NCBI GenBank assembly: GCA_965248955.1 | Contig: OZ252212.1 | Coordinates: forward strand, 1,105,037-1,169,036 | Source: Dehalococcoidia bacterium | GTDB taxonomy: Bacteria; Chloroflexota; Dehalococcoidia; Lucifugimonadales; QGNO01 | DNA: 64,000 nt | Direction: 5' to 3' | In this document: in pieces, positions 1 through 11,115 of the stretch | Position numbering within the stretch: the first letter of the stretch is position 1 | How the letters are laid out: every line of letters starts with the position of its first letter | Position numbers and translations under genes: made by a program | Notes under the pieces: generated by a model | What the model saw: the letters and a program-made list of their open reading frames with translations, nothing else | Told to the model about the DNA's origin: nothing | The model's database searches: none

Positions 1-111
1 CGCATGCCTGAATTGTAAGCAGGGGGAACGGGGAAGTCTAGTTAGGATGGGTTATCCGATGTACTCCAAAAACTCTCCCACCAATATGTTAAGCTTACCT
101 GGATCATCATT

Positions 112-861
112 ATGACTGAAGAACATCAAATAGACAGGCGTATGGCTCTCCTCATAGACGGAGACAACGCTCAAGCGTCTCTGGTGGCGAACATCCTTGC
201 CGAGGCCAGTAAGTACGGTCTGGTCACCATTCGCCGCATCTACGGCGACTGGACTACTCCCAACATGAATAGCTGGCGAGAGTCGCTCCAGCTTCACGCC
301 TTCCAGCCAATCCAGCAGTTCCGCTATACAAAAGGCAAGAACGCCACGGACAGCGCCATGATCATCGACGCCATGGACATCCTCTACGAGACCGTGGTCA
401 ACGCCTTCTGTCTTGTTTCCAGCGACAGCGATTACACCCGGCTCGCCACGCGCATTAGGGAGAAGGGCCTGTTCGTCATGGGAATTGGGCGGAGAGATAC
501 CCCTCGTTCCTTTGTCAACGCTTGCGAAGTCTTTGTCTACACCGAAAACATATCTCCAGAGAAGGCTGAGGTATCGCCTCAATCCCCTAACTCCGCCAGC
601 CAGGCGCCGGACCCTGTGCCACTTCTCAAAGCGGCTCATGACCTGGCGGCATCGCACGACGGCTGGGCGTCCCTGGGCGCTATCGGTGAGAGGCTCCGGC
701 AGCTCGATCCGGGCTTTGATCCCCGCACTTACGGCCAGAAGCAACTATCCGGCCTTGTAAAGGCGCATACCAAAGATTTTGAAGTTAGGGCATCTGAAAC
801 GCGCGGCCCTTTCCATGTCCGGATCAAGCAGCAAAGGCGCCAAACGGCTAGGAAGAAATAG
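112..861 (+). CDS. NYN-domain (LabA-like) protein with C-terminal OST-HTH/LOTUS-like domain
   Basis: 249-aa ORF. N-terminal LLIDGDN...VSSDSDY pattern is typical of NYN/LabA nucleases. C-terminal [24 protein letters not shown] is HTH-like. The antisense 230-aa ORF is a shadow. Confidence 0.7.
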   Translation: MTEEHQIDRRMALLIDGDNAQASLVANILAEASKYGLVTIRRIYGDWTTPNMNSWRESLQLHAFQPIQQFRYTKGKNATDSAMIIDAMDILYETVVNAFCLVSSDSDYTRLATRIREKGLFVMGIGRRDTPRSFVNACEVFVYTENISPEKAEVSPQSPNSASQAPDPVPLLKAAHDLAASHDGWASLGAIGERLRQLDPGFDPRTYGQKQLSGLVKAHTKDFEVRASETRGPFHVRIKQQRRQTARKK

Positions 862-2326
862 ACCGCGATAGGGTGCCGGGCAGGCTGCGAGGCAGCTTGG
901 TCGAGCCCATGAGGTACTTGTCCATGTGGTGCGCCGCCTCCCGACCCTCCGCAATTGCCCACACCACCAGCGACTGGCCTCTCCGCATGTCTCCGGCGGC
1001 AAAAACGCCGGGTACGCTGGTCATGTGGCTCTCATCCGTGGAGACGTTACCACGTACGTCATAGGCCACTGCAAGCTGCTCCAGCAGACCCTCTTGCTCC
1101 GGGGAAACAAACCCCAGGGCCAACAATACCAGGTCTACTTCGATTTCAAATTCGCTGCCAGGTACCTCGTTCATCACGGGCCGGCCCGTCTCGTCCGGTG
1201 TCCCCCATTCCAGGCGTACGGCACGCATCCCCTCCACTCGCCCGTTGTTGCCGTAGAAGCCCTTGGTCAGGATGCTGTAATCGCGAACGCCGCCCTCATC
1301 GTGAGCCGCGGAAGACCTTAAAATCAGCGGCCAGTAGGGCCACGGCTCATCGTTGGAACGTTGCAATGGCGGCTCCGGCAGCAACTCGTACTGGTACACA
1401 ACCTCGGCTCCCTGACGGTGCGCCGTTCCCAGGCAGTCGGCTCCCGTGTCGCCGCCGCCCAGGATCACCACGCGTTTGCCCTCCGCACTAATCCTCTCCT
1501 CAGGGGCGACAGTCTGACCCGCTATTATCCTGTTTTGCTGCGATAGATAGTCCATGGCCAGATGAATACCTTCAAGGTCGCGCCCCGGTATCGGTAGTTC
1601 CCTGGCCTTGGTGGCTCCGCCTGTCAAACAAACGGCGTCGAAATCCTGCAGCAGGTCTTTCGCAGTGACGTCAACACCCACGTTCGTGCTCGTCCTGAAG
1701 ATGACTCCTTCCTCGGCCATGATGTCGACGCGGCGCTGCACCACGCTCTTCTCTAGTTTGAAATCGGGAATGCCCAAGGTGAGGAGCCCGCCAACGTATT
1801 CGTCCCGCTCAAACACCGTGACGGAGTGACCGGCGCGGTTCAACTGCTGGGCAACAGCCAGTCCAGCGGGCCCTGAACCCACTACCGCCACTTTCTTGCC
1901 CGTTCTAACCTGCGGCGGCTCCGGTTTTATCCAGCCTTCCTGGAAGCCTCTCTCTGCTATGGCGTTCTCTATATACTCAATAGTCACGGGATCCTGGTTT
2001 ATGTTCAGCACACAAGCCTCTTCACAGGGAGCGGGACAGATGCGGCCGGTGAATTCAGGGAAATTATTGGTTGCGTGGAGCATATCCAGCGCCTGCTTCC
2101 AGCTGTCCGTATAGACCAGATGGTTCCAGTCCGGGATGATGTTTCCCAGTGGGCAGCCCGTATGGCAGAACGGCACAGCGCAGTCCATGCAACGGCCTGC
2201 CTGATCACGTATGCTTTGCACAGGCCATTCCTGGTAGAACTCCTTCCAGTGCTTGACCCGTTCCGTTATTGGCTCCCGGTTGGGGCTTCTTCGGCCCAGA
2301 TGAACAAACCCCAGCAGCTTACCCAT
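848..2326 (-). CDS. gltD: Glutamate synthase (NADPH) small subunit
   Basis: 492 aa. Starts MGKLLGF. Has Cys clusters (CMDCAVPFC...C) and the GSGPAGLA dinucleotide motif. Overlaps the gltB stop by 8 nt. Confidence 0.9.
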   Translation of the reverse strand: MGKLLGFVHLGRRSPNREPITERVKHWKEFYQEWPVQSIRDQAGRCMDCAVPFCHTGCPLGNIIPDWNHLVYTDSWKQALDMLHATNNFPEFTGRICPAPCEEACVLNINQDPVTIEYIENAIAERGFQEGWIKPEPPQVRTGKKVAVVGSGPAGLAVAQQLNRAGHSVTVFERDEYVGGLLTLGIPDFKLEKSVVQRRVDIMAEEGVIFRTSTNVGVDVTAKDLLQDFDAVCLTGGATKARELPIPGRDLEGIHLAMDYLSQQNRIIAGQTVAPEERISAEGKRVVILGGGDTGADCLGTAHRQGAEVVYQYELLPEPPLQRSNDEPWPYWPLILRSSAAHDEGGVRDYSILTKGFYGNNGRVEGMRAVRLEWGTPDETGRPVMNEVPGSEFEIEVDLVLLALGFVSPEQEGLLEQLAVAYDVRGNVSTDESHMTSVPGVFAAGDMRRGQSLVVWAIAEGREAAHHMDKYLMGSTKLPRSLPGTLSRSISS

Positions 2327-5300
2327 GAATTACCAGTTCTACCTCTTTAGGCTGCTTCACCTTTTGCGTCTCCAGCACTTTGCGATAAGCTACGGGCATA
2401 ACCTTGACGAACTTGGCGATCATGCCCTTCCAGTTATCCAGCACCATCCGCCCCTTGGTGCTCCCTGTGTACTCCTGGTGCCATTCAATCATCTGTCGCA
2501 ATGCTAGCTGATCCGCCGGATCATCCACCTGCTCCAGCACAACCATTTCCGTATTGCATTTATCGGTGAACTCGCCGTCTTCGTCCAGAACAAAGGCTAT
2601 GCCGCCGCTCATTCCCGCGGCGAAGTTTCGACCCGTCCGACCAAGCACCACCACCATGCCGCCGGTCATATATTCACAGCCATGGTCGCCGATACCCTCT
2701 ACCACGGAATAAGCGGCGCTGTTGCGCACGGCGAACCGCTCACCAGCCATGCCGCGTATAAAGGCGCGTCCTCCCGTGGCACCGTAGAGTGCCACGTTAC
2801 CGATGATGACGTTGTCTTCAGCCACAAAGGTGGAACCCTCCGGTGCATACACTACGAGCCGGCCGCCGGACATCCCCTTGCCAAAGTAGTCGTTTGCATC
2901 ACCCTCCAGCGTCAGGGCAACTCCCTTGGCCAGAAATGCGCCGAAGCTCTGCCCCGCCGAACCCTGCAGGCGGAAATGCATGCTACCCTCAGGCAGACCA
3001 TCCTCTCCGTAACGTTTGGCCACCTCTCCGCTGAGCATGGTCCCCACCGTACGGTTGTAGTTATGGATTGGCAACGTGGCCTTTACCGGCCCGTTTCCAT
3101 GAAGAGCACTCTGCGCCAGGCGGAGCAGTTCTTTGTCAAGAGCTTTGTCCAGGCCATGATCCTGCACCTCGCGGCAATAAGTCGCCACCCTGTCCGATGC
3201 TTCAGGACGGTGAAGAAGCTGGCTAAAATCCAGGCCTTTTGCCTTCCAGTGGTCTATGGCCTTCTTGCTGTCCAACCTGTCAACGCGGCCCACCATCTCA
3301 TCGACTGTGCGGAACCCCATCTTCGCCATAATCTCTCGTAGCTGCTCTGCCACCATGAAGAAGTAGTTGATCACAGCCTCCGGCTGGCCGTCGAAATGCT
3401 TGCGCAGCTCGGGGTCTTGGGTGGCAATGCCCACCGAGCACGCGTTCAGGTGGCACTTGCGCAGCATAATGCAGCCCAGCGCTATCAAAGGAGCGGTGGA
3501 AAAGCCAAACTCCTCCGCACCTAATAGACAGGCGATAGCCACGTCACGCCCGGTCTTCAGTTGTCCGTCCGTTTGCACCACTATGCGGCCTCGCAAGTCG
3601 TTTTGCACCAGCACCTGCTGCGTTTCAGCAATGCCAAGCTCCCAGGGCAGCCCGGCATGTTTGACGGACGATTCGGGCGATGCACCCGTGCCGCCACTGT
3701 CTCCGCTGATCAGCACAACATCGGCGTGGCCCTTGGAAACTCCGGCGGCGACGGTGCCAACGCCTACCTCGGCCACAAGCTTGACGTGGATCCGTGCCTC
3801 AGGATTCACGTTCTTCAGGTCATGAATGAGCTGCGCCAGGTCTTCAATCGAGTAGATATCGTGGTGCGGCGGCGGCGATATCAGCTCCACTCCAGGCGTG
3901 GTCCGCCTCACCCACCCTATATAATCATCGACTTTATGGCCGGGGAGTTGACCTCCCTCTCCAGGCTTAGAACCCTGCGCCATTTTGATCTGCAAGTCGG
4001 TAGCGTTCACCAAATAGTTGGTGGTAACGCCAAACCGCCCGGAAGCCACCTGCTTGACAGCGCTGCTCCGCGAGTCGCCGTTGGAATCGGGAGTAAAGCG
4101 GCGGTAATCTTCTCCGCCCTCACCGGTATTGCTCTTGGCGTCTATACGGTTCATAGCTATGGCCAGGGTCTCGTGGGCCTCCCTACTGATAGCACCCAGA
4201 GAGATGGCTCCCGTGGCAAAGCGCTTCACTATCCGACTGGCAGGCTCCACCTCATCCAGGGATAGCGGCTCTTCCGCCATCCTGAACTCCAGGAGCCCCC
4301 GCAGCGTGCACAACCGTTTTTCGTATTCGTCGGCCAATTCAGCAAACCGCCTGTACACACTGGCGTCGGCTGTCTTGGCGGCGTGCTGCAACAAGGCAAT
4401 AGCGTTAGGATTCCACATGTGAAACTCGCCGTCCCGTCGCCACTGATAGACGCCGCCCACCTCCAAGTCCAGCACGGCAGCCAATCTTGATTCGCCGTAT
4501 GTTCTGCAATGCCGGCTCAGGCTCTCCTCTTCGATGACATCTATACCAATCCCGCTGATACGGGACGGCGTCCAGGTGAAGTATTTGTCTATGGTCTCTT
4601 GATTCAAGCCCACCGCCTCAAAGATCTGGGCGCCCCTGTAGCTTTGTATTGTGGAAATGCCCATCTTGGAAGCAACTTTGAGCAGGCCTTTGTGCACCGC
4701 TTTGATGAAGTTCTTCTGGACCGTATCGTAATCCAATCCTTCAGGAAGCAGGTCCCCCTGTCCTACCATGTCAGCCAGCGATTCAAAGGCCAAGTAGGGG
4801 TTCACGGCTCCCGCCCCGTAGCCGATGAGCAGGGCAAAATGCTGCACTTCCCGTGGCTCACCCGACTCCACAACGAGGCCAACCTTCATACGCAGCCCCT
4901 CCCTTATCAGGTGATGATGCACCGCGGAGGTTGCCAGTAAGCTGGGTATGGGAACGTGCTTGGCGTCCACGCCTCTATCCGACAGCACCAGAATGGTATG
5001 CCCCGACTTTACCGCCTGGGATGCCTCTCTAAGCAGCTCCTCCAGGGCCCTCTCCATGGCTCCCGGCCCTTCGTCGGCGTTGAACAGGGCCGGCAGGGTC
5101 TTCGTTTTGAGATAAGGGATCTGGTTTTGCCTTATTCGCTTTAGCTCTTCATTGGTTATCACCGGGTGGGGCAGCTTCAGTTGACGGGCCTGTTCAGGCG
5201 TTTCTTCAAGGAGATTGCCTTCAGAGCCAAGCCATATCTCCAGAGAAGTGACTATCTCTTCGCGTATCGCGTCCAACGGTGGGTTGGTCACTTGGGCAAA

Positions 5301-6854
5301 TAGCTGCTTGAAGTAGTTGAACAGCAGCTGCGGCCTGTCAGAAAGCACAGCCAGCGGCGTATCGTTGCCCATGGAGCCTACAGGCTCCGACCCCGTCTCA
5401 GACATAGGCTGGACCAGCATTCTGAGCTCTTCCAGGGTGTAGCCAAACGCCGCCTGTCTTTCCACCATTGATGAGCGTTCCACGGGCGGCTCCATTGTCT
5501 CTTCAGGCAGGTCCTCAAGCCGTACCATGTTTTCCCTGGTCCATTCACCATACGGCTGCCTTGTAGCGACCTCCGACTTGATCTCCTCATCGTCTATGAT
5601 CCGTCCCTGCTCCGTGTCCAAGAGGAACATCCGGCCCGGTCGCAGGCGCCCCTTGTACTGCACGTTTTCCGGCGACACCTCCAGCACGCCTGTTTCGGAC
5701 GCCATGATCAGCAGATTGTCCTTGGTCACGGTGTAGCGGAAAGGCCGCAGGCCGTTGCGGTCCAGATTGGCGCCTATCCTTGTTCCATCGGTGAAAGCTA
5801 TGAGCGCAGGGCCGTCCCACGGTTCAATCAGGTTGGCATGGTACTCGTAAAAAGACCGCTTTTCCGCTGAAATGAACTTGTTCCCGTTCCATGCCTCTGG
5901 AATCATCATCATCATGGCATGAGACAGAGTTCTGCCGCCCAGCACCAGCATCTCGAAAGCATTATCGAAGCTGGCCGTATCGCTAGCGCGGGGTGTAATA
6001 ATTGGGAATAGCTTCTTCACGTCATCACCAAACATGGGTGACGACAACAGGGCCTCGCGGGCCGTCATCCAGTTACTGTTGCCCCTCAGCGTGTTGATCT
6101 CTCCATTGTGCGATATGTAGCGGTACGGATGCGCCAGCTTCCATGAGCCCAGCGTGTTTGTGCTGAACCTGGAATGCACCATGGCAAAACCGGATTCCAT
6201 TTGGGGGTTCTTCAGATCCGGGTAGAAGTGCTCTACTTGCGTGCCTGTGAGCAGTCCCTTGTAAACCACCGTGTTGGAGGAGAGACTGGAGATGTAGAAG
6301 GCATCCGCTCCCTTCATCCCGGAAGCAGCCACCGCGTTCTCTATCACTTTGCGTATGACGTATAGCTTCCGTTCCAAGGAGGCCTGATCAAGCACGTTGG
6401 AGCCCCGCCCCACAAAGAACTGCCGTATGACGGGCCGTACCGCCCTGGCCGTCTTGCCAATACGGCTTTCATCCACAGGGACGTCCCGCCATCCCAGGAA
6501 CCGCTGGCCTTCCGCCTGAACCACGCCTTCTATGATCTCCTCGCAGCGCGCCCTCTCCGCCTGGTCTTGCGGCAAGAACGCCATTCCCACCCCGTACTCA
6601 CCCCGCTGCGGAAGGTCTACTCCACTCTCATGGACAAAGAATGCGTGCGGAGTCTGGAGAAGTATTCCCGCCCCATCGCCCGTATCCGGGTCGCTGCCCT
6701 GGGCGCCGCGGTGCGCCAAATGTCGCAGCAAGTCAATGCCCCAATCGACAATCTGGTGCGACTTGCGGCCCTTTATATCGGCGACGACACCCACGCCGCA
6801 GGCGTCGTGCTCGAACTCGGGGCGGTACAGTCCTCTCGGCATGTCTTCTTTCAT
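2319..6854 (-). CDS. gltB: Glutamate synthase large subunit
   Basis: ORF runs to 6929, but the N-terminal catalytic Cys motif (HDACGVG) follows M26 (MKEDMPRG). The ATG at 6854 has a GAGGA 8 nt upstream and avoids overlap with glnA. Amidotransferase, FMN and GXGXG domains are recognisable. Confidence 0.9.
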   Translation of the reverse strand: MKEDMPRGLYRPEFEHDACGVGVVADIKGRKSHQIVDWGIDLLRHLAHRGAQGSDPDTGDGAGILLQTPHAFFVHESGVDLPQRGEYGVGMAFLPQDQAERARCEEIIEGVVQAEGQRFLGWRDVPVDESRIGKTARAVRPVIRQFFVGRGSNVLDQASLERKLYVIRKVIENAVAASGMKGADAFYISSLSSNTVVYKGLLTGTQVEHFYPDLKNPQMESGFAMVHSRFSTNTLGSWKLAHPYRYISHNGEINTLRGNSNWMTAREALLSSPMFGDDVKKLFPIITPRASDTASFDNAFEMLVLGGRTLSHAMMMMIPEAWNGNKFISAEKRSFYEYHANLIEPWDGPALIAFTDGTRIGANLDRNGLRPFRYTVTKDNLLIMASETGVLEVSPENVQYKGRLRPGRMFLLDTEQGRIIDDEEIKSEVATRQPYGEWTRENMVRLEDLPEETMEPPVERSSMVERQAAFGYTLEELRMLVQPMSETGSEPVGSMGNDTPLAVLSDRPQLLFNYFKQLFAQVTNPPLDAIREEIVTSLEIWLGSEGNLLEETPEQARQLKLPHPVITNEELKRIRQNQIPYLKTKTLPALFNADEGPGAMERALEELLREASQAVKSGHTILVLSDRGVDAKHVPIPSLLATSAVHHHLIREGLRMKVGLVVESGEPREVQHFALLIGYGAGAVNPYLAFESLADMVGQGDLLPEGLDYDTVQKNFIKAVHKGLLKVASKMGISTIQSYRGAQIFEAVGLNQETIDKYFTWTPSRISGIGIDVIEEESLSRHCRTYGESRLAAVLDLEVGGVYQWRRDGEFHMWNPNAIALLQHAAKTADASVYRRFAELADEYEKRLCTLRGLLEFRMAEEPLSLDEVEPASRIVKRFATGAISLGAISREAHETLAIAMNRIDAKSNTGEGGEDYRRFTPDSNGDSRSSAVKQVASGRFGVTTNYLVNATDLQIKMAQGSKPGEGGQLPGHKVDDYIGWVRRTTPGVELISPPPHHDIYSIEDLAQLIHDLKNVNPEARIHVKLVAEVGVGTVAAGVSKGHADVVLISGDSGGTGASPESSVKHAGLPWELGIAETQQVLVQNDLRGRIVVQTDGQLKTGRDVAIACLLGAEEFGFSTAPLIALGCIMLRKCHLNACSVGIATQDPELRKHFDGQPEAVINYFFMVAEQLREIMAKMGFRTVDEMVGRVDRLDSKKAIDHWKAKGLDFSQLLHRPEASDRVATYCREVQDHGLDKALDKELLRLAQSALHGNGPVKATLPIHNYNRTVGTMLSGEVAKRYGEDGLPEGSMHFRLQGSAGQSFGAFLAKGVALTLEGDANDYFGKGMSGGRLVVYAPEGSTFVAEDNVIIGNVALYGATGGRAFIRGMAGERFAVRNSAAYSVVEGIGDHGCEYMTGGMVVVLGRTGRNFAAGMSGGIAFVLDEDGEFTDKCNTEMVVLEQVDDPADQLALRQMIEWHQEYTGSTKGRMVLDNWKGMIAKFVKVMPVAYRKVLETQKVKQPKEVELVIHG

Positions 6855-6865
6855 CAAAGTGTTCC

Positions 6866-8215
6866 TCAAAGTACCGGCAGATAGCGCTTGAGCTCGTAGT
6901 CTGTGACGTGGGTACGATAGCTGTCCCACTCGATCTTCTTGTTCTTGATGAAGCTATTGAAAACGTGCTCACCGAGGGCGCGTTTCACCAATTGGCTCTG
7001 CTCAGCATAGCTGATTGCTTCAAAGAGGCTTTCAGGCAGTGTCTCCACGCCCCTGGCCTTTCTCTCTTCTTCCGACATCTGGTAAACGTTAGCTTCTACA
7101 GGGTCAGGAACCGGATATTCCTTCTCAACGCCCTCCAACCCGGCGGATAGGAGTACGCTGAATGCCAGGTATGGGTTACAGGCAGGGTCCGGAGCTCGGT
7201 ATTCAACGCGCACCGATTCTTCCTTTCCTTCACGGAAGGCGGGAATACGTATCAGGTCTGACCGGTTGATCCTGGCCCAAGAGATGTAGACAGGTGCTTC
7301 ATAGCCTGGCACCAGCCTTTTGTACGAGTTCACCCACTGATTGGTTACCGCCGTTATCTCTTGGGCATGCTTCATGAGACCAGCGACGAAACAGCGCGCC
7401 AGCCGCGACAGTTTGTAGGAGTCATTCTTTTCAAAGAAGACGTTGCTGTCCCCCTGAAACAGTGACATATTTACGTGCATGCCGTTGCCGTTCATGCTGG
7501 CCACTGGCTTGGGCATGAAGGTGGCGTAAAACCCGTATCTTATAGCCACCTCCTTTACTGCCAGGCGGTACGTCATCACGGTATCGGCCATGGTCAAGGC
7601 GTCCGTGAATCTCAAGTCTATCTCATGCTGGCTGGGCGCCACCTCGTGGTGGCTGTACTCCACTGGTATCCCCATCTCCTCCAGCATGAGGACAGTATCG
7701 CGTCTCAGCTCGGTGGATATGTCTTGCGGGGTCTGGTCAAAGTAACCACCGGCATCCAGGGGCTCGGTGCCGTCCGCGCTCTTGAAGTAGAAGTGCTCCA
7801 GCTCAGGTCCAACGTAGAATGTGTAGCCGAGGTTGCTTGCCCGCTCCAGATTACGCTTCAGCACCGTCCTGGAATCGCCCTCGAAAGCCATGCCGTCAGG
7901 GGTCAGGATGTCGCAAAACATGCGTCCTACCGCGTTCTGTTTGGGCCGCCAGGGGAGGATGCGAAAGGTGGTGGGATCGGGCATTGCCACCATATCGCTC
8001 TCATCAATGCGGGCGAAGTCTTCAATGGATGAACCATCAAATCCCATACCTTTGTCAAAAGCGTTCTCCAGTTCCGCCACATTCAGAGCAAACCCTTTGA
8101 GATTCCCCAGGATGTCCGTGAACCAGAGACGAACAAACCGCACGTCATTGTCTCTAACCGTGCGGAGTGTGTATTCAATAGCTTCTTCGCGATCTTGTTG
8201 CATAAGAAGAGACAC
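6866..8215 (-). CDS. glnA: Glutamine synthetase type I (GSI-alpha-like)
   Basis: 449 aa. Contains VRFVRLWFTDILG and other canonical GS motifs. No NLYDLP adenylylation motif. Confidence 0.9.
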   Translation of the reverse strand: MSLLMQQDREEAIEYTLRTVRDNDVRFVRLWFTDILGNLKGFALNVAELENAFDKGMGFDGSSIEDFARIDESDMVAMPDPTTFRILPWRPKQNAVGRMFCDILTPDGMAFEGDSRTVLKRNLERASNLGYTFYVGPELEHFYFKSADGTEPLDAGGYFDQTPQDISTELRRDTVLMLEEMGIPVEYSHHEVAPSQHEIDLRFTDALTMADTVMTYRLAVKEVAIRYGFYATFMPKPVASMNGNGMHVNMSLFQGDSNVFFEKNDSYKLSRLARCFVAGLMKHAQEITAVTNQWVNSYKRLVPGYEAPVYISWARINRSDLIRIPAFREGKEESVRVEYRAPDPACNPYLAFSVLLSAGLEGVEKEYPVPDPVEANVYQMSEEERKARGVETLPESLFEAISYAEQSQLVKRALGEHVFNSFIKNKKIEWDSYRTHVTDYELKRYLPVL

Positions 8216-8324
8216 GTTTAATCCGATTGTGAATTCTTGGTCAAATACATTGTGATTACTTTTTCAATCAGGTGAGCCCGTTGCACCGACTATACGCCTC
8301 TTTTGACTGAAATGATGGACGGGA

Positions 8325-8342
8325 TGTTAACTGTTTGTTACA
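8325..8342. promoter_or_regulatory. Candidate operator upstream of glnA: TGTTAAC-N-GTTACA imperfect palindrome, also readable as GTTAAC/GTTAC direct repeats 11 nt apart
   Basis: Sequence tgttaactgtttgttaca lies about 110 nt upstream of the glnA start. It resembles TnrA/GlnR TGTNA-N7-TNACA but with N8. The 11-nt periodicity is also compatible with OmpR-family direct repeats. Confidence 0.25.
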
Positions 8343-8425
8343 AAAAGCAGGATGCATGGAGGGAATCAAGGCGGCGTTTGCTTGAAAAACAAGGCAATGC
8401 CCAAGGGCTGTGGCTTCTTACCTTG

Positions 8426-9112
8426 CTACCCTTCACCAAGCAACGCGGCCTCTCTTCTGAAGCGGTAGCCCACGTTGCGCACTGTCTCTATCAGGTCTTG
8501 ACCAGCATCTTCCAGTTTGCTGCGCAGCCTCCGTATGTGCACGTCCACCGTCCGCGACCCCTCGTAATAGTCGTACTGCCAGACCTCGCTGAGCAGCGTT
8601 TCACGAGTGAACACCCGGCCCGGACTGGCCGCAAGCAGTGAGAGGAGCTGGTACTCTTTGAACGTGAGCAGCACCCTGTTTCCACGGTGGAACACCTCAT
8701 AGCGGGCCAGGTCTATGTACAGGTCTCCCCTTCTGAGCGATTCTTCGCTTCTTGCTGGCCCGGTTTGATTGAGGCGAATCAGCGTTTGCCTGATCCTAGC
8801 ACTCACTTCACCTGGCGACGGCGGCAAGAGGAAGAAATCACTGGCCTGTGAAGCATCGTACTTACCGACAAGCTCTCTGGGTAGGGCACAGATGAGTGCC
8901 ACATCCAGCCTGCTGCACTGCTCGGCCAGAGTATCCACCTCACCCAAGCCCGATGCGCTTAGGTCCAGCAGAACTGCATCTACTTGGCCAGTCCTACTAT
9001 CCAGGCTGGAAACGACGGCGTAACCCACCCCCTCCCTGAAGAGGGTATCCAGCAAGCCTCTGTCGGCGTCACTCCTAGTCGCTAGCACACGGACTTCGTA
9101 CGTCACCACCAC
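8426..9112 (-). CDS. Orphan OmpR/PhoB-family winged-helix regulator with degenerate (pseudo-)receiver domain
   Basis: C-terminal LTFKEYQLLSLLAASPGRVFTRETLLSEVW...VDVHIRRLRSKLE...VRNVGYRF is the OmpR trans_reg_C signature. The likely start is one of three GTG codons at 9112/9109/9106, and the last forms a GTGA overlap with the cysteine synthase stop. The ATG at 9184 lies inside the upstream gene. Confidence 0.75.
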   Translation of the reverse strand: MVVTYEVRVLATRSDADRGLLDTLFREGVGYAVVSSLDSRTGQVDAVLLDLSASGLGEVDTLAEQCSRLDVALICALPRELVGKYDASQASDFFLLPPSPGEVSARIRQTLIRLNQTGPARSEESLRRGDLYIDLARYEVFHRGNRVLLTFKEYQLLSLLAASPGRVFTRETLLSEVWQYDYYEGSRTVDVHIRRLRSKLEDAGQDLIETVRNVGYRFRREAALLGEG

Positions 9113-10092
9113 ACCTTCCCTTCCACCTCCATCCTCAGATCGGCGTACTCTTTGGTCCAGAGCCCGGTGCTCAGGTACTTCCACCCACCGTCCGCCAGCA
9201 GGCAGACGATGTCTGCCTCGTCCAGTCTGCTGGCTACCTTCAGTGCGGCGGCAATGACCGCCCCCGAGGAGATGCCGGCAAACACACCTTCGCCATGGAG
9301 AAGCTCTTTGGTCATCTTGAACGCCTCATCGCCGGGCACCAGAATGCGAGCGTCCAGCAGCGATTCATCAAGAATCGGCGGAATGAACCCTTCTTCCAAG
9401 CTGCGCAGCCCTTGAATAGCATCGTTCGGTTCAGGGACCGCCGCTACCACCTTGATATCTTCGTTGTGCTCTTTGAGCCGGCGTCCCGTGCCGGTCAGCG
9501 TGCCCCCGGTGCCCAGGCCAGCCACGAACATATCCACGTTGGGCAGGGAATCCGTTATCTCCTTGCCCGTACCTTCATAGTGGGCTTGAGTATTGGCCTT
9601 GTTTCCGTATTGATACGGCATGAAGTACCGGTCGTCTTCCTCGGCCATCTTGCGGGCTACCGGGATAGACCCGTTGGTGCCCAGGCTTCCGTCCGAGAAG
9701 TGGATCTTCACTCCGAACGCCTCCAAAAGCTGTACGCGCTCCTGGCTCACGTTCTCCGGCATCACTACCTCTACACCATACCCCTTCACCGCACCTATCA
9801 TAGCCAGTGCAATGCCCGTATTGCCGCTGGTGGGCTCCAGTATCACCTTATCTGGCGTGAGCACGCCTTCGGCCTCTGCTTGCTCCACCATGGTCAGGGC
9901 AATCCTATCCTTTACGCTGCCCGTGGGGTTGGCGCCTTCCAGCTTGGCAAACAGGCGTATGTCAGGCTTGGGTGAAAGGTGCGGCAACTCCACCAGCGGC
10001 GTATTGCCTATGGCGGCTAATATCCCGCTCCGGCTTTCCGCCTTAGAACTGACCTCTTGAAGCTTGTTTTCCCTGGTTATCCTGGTCCGCAT
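9103..10092 (-). CDS. cysK: Cysteine synthase (O-acetylserine sulfhydrylase, CysK/CysM family, PLP-dependent)
   Basis: 329 aa. Has the PLP-lysine motif NPTGSVKDR, plus GNTG and a G-rich loop (GLGTGGTLTG). Confidence 0.85.
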   Translation of the reverse strand: MRTRITRENKLQEVSSKAESRSGILAAIGNTPLVELPHLSPKPDIRLFAKLEGANPTGSVKDRIALTMVEQAEAEGVLTPDKVILEPTSGNTGIALAMIGAVKGYGVEVVMPENVSQERVQLLEAFGVKIHFSDGSLGTNGSIPVARKMAEEDDRYFMPYQYGNKANTQAHYEGTGKEITDSLPNVDMFVAGLGTGGTLTGTGRRLKEHNEDIKVVAAVPEPNDAIQGLRSLEEGFIPPILDESLLDARILVPGDEAFKMTKELLHGEGVFAGISSGAVIAAALKVASRLDEADIVCLLADGGWKYLSTGLWTKEYADLRMEVEGKVWW

Positions 10093-10116
10093 AGCAGGCC
10101 GCCGTCAGCTACAGGC

Positions 10117-10962
10117 CTAATTGGCGGGCGCGGCCTCCTGTAGGTGCGGTATGCCGCAGAACTGCTCGTAGTCAATGAGTTCGGTTACCGTCGGTTTGTC
10201 GCCGCAGACTGGGCACTCTCTGTTGCGGGGCACCCTCACTGTGCGGAAGTTCATATCCAGCGCGTCGAACAGGAGCAGCCTCCCCGTCAAGGTCTCGCCT
10301 AGACCCAAGACCAGCTTTATAGTCTCTACCGCCTGAATGGAGCCGATGATCCCCGGCAACACGCCAAGCACCCCGGCTTCGGCGCAGCTCGGCACCATTC
10401 CCGGGGGAGGAGGCGTTGGGTACAAGCAACGGTAGCAACCGTAGCCAGGCACAAACGTCGATGCCTGCCCTTCGAATAGGAAGATGCTGCCGTGTACGCA
10501 CGGCTTCCCCAGCATCACTGATGCGTCGTTGACCAGGTATCGCGTGGGGAAGTTGTCGCTACCGTCTACAATGATGTCGTAATTCGCAAGCACGTCCAGC
10601 GCATTCTCCGAAGAGAGCTGCACGCGGTGCTTTACTACCTTAACGTCCGGATTGAGGCTGTTGATCATCTCCTCGGCAGAATCTACCTTCAGCCTGCCTA
10701 CATCCTTGGTGCGGTGAAGCAGCTGCCTTTGCAGGTTGGTCAGATCAACCTCGTCGAAGTCTACAATGCCCAGCGTCCCCACGCCTGCCGCCGCCAGGTA
10801 TAGGGCAGCAGGCGAACCCAGCCCCCCGGCGCCAATCAGCAATACCTTGGCGTCCAGCAACTTGCGCTGGCCCTTGCCGCCTATCTGAGGCATGATGATG
10901 TGTCTGCTGTAACGTCTTGCCTGTTCCGGCGTAAACACCCTTGCCTCTGTTGTCTGCATCAC
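10117..10962 (-). CDS. ThiF/MoeB/HesA-family E1-like adenylyltransferase
   Basis: 281 aa. Contains RYSRHI, the GAGGLGSP nucleotide loop, and two CxxC pairs (CYRC, CPVC). No rhodanese domain. Confidence 0.85.
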   Translation of the reverse strand: MMQTTEARVFTPEQARRYSRHIIMPQIGGKGQRKLLDAKVLLIGAGGLGSPAALYLAAAGVGTLGIVDFDEVDLTNLQRQLLHRTKDVGRLKVDSAEEMINSLNPDVKVVKHRVQLSSENALDVLANYDIIVDGSDNFPTRYLVNDASVMLGKPCVHGSIFLFEGQASTFVPGYGCYRCLYPTPPPPGMVPSCAEAGVLGVLPGIIGSIQAVETIKLVLGLGETLTGRLLLFDALDMNFRTVRVPRNRECPVCGDKPTVTELIDYEQFCGIPHLQEAAPAN

Positions 10963-11042
10963 TGCCTACCCCCTATAGCAAATTTCGAACTTCAGCTTCT
11001 ATGCGTCAACCATCTATCCAGATCCATCCCCGTTCAAGACGC

Positions 11043-11095
11043 AAAAAACCCTGAACTCATACGCTCAGTTGCTAGACCAAACAACGGTTCAGGGC
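11043..11095 (-). terminator. Candidate rho-independent terminator after the Rrf2 gene
   Basis: On the minus strand, GCCCTGAAC ... GTTCAGGGT inverted repeat followed by TTTTTT. The loop is unusually long (about 30 nt). Confidence 0.4.
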
Positions 11096-11115
11096 TTCTT
11101 TAATACTTGACGAGC

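Noticed and set aside
52-744. 230-aa minus-strand ORF at the window start
   Set aside because: It is antisense to the NYN/OST-HTH gene and has no recognisable motif.
6855-6929. N-terminal 25-codon extension of gltB
   Set aside because: It overlaps the 3' end of glnA. The internal ATG at 6854 has a proper RBS and sits just before the conserved catalytic N-terminus.
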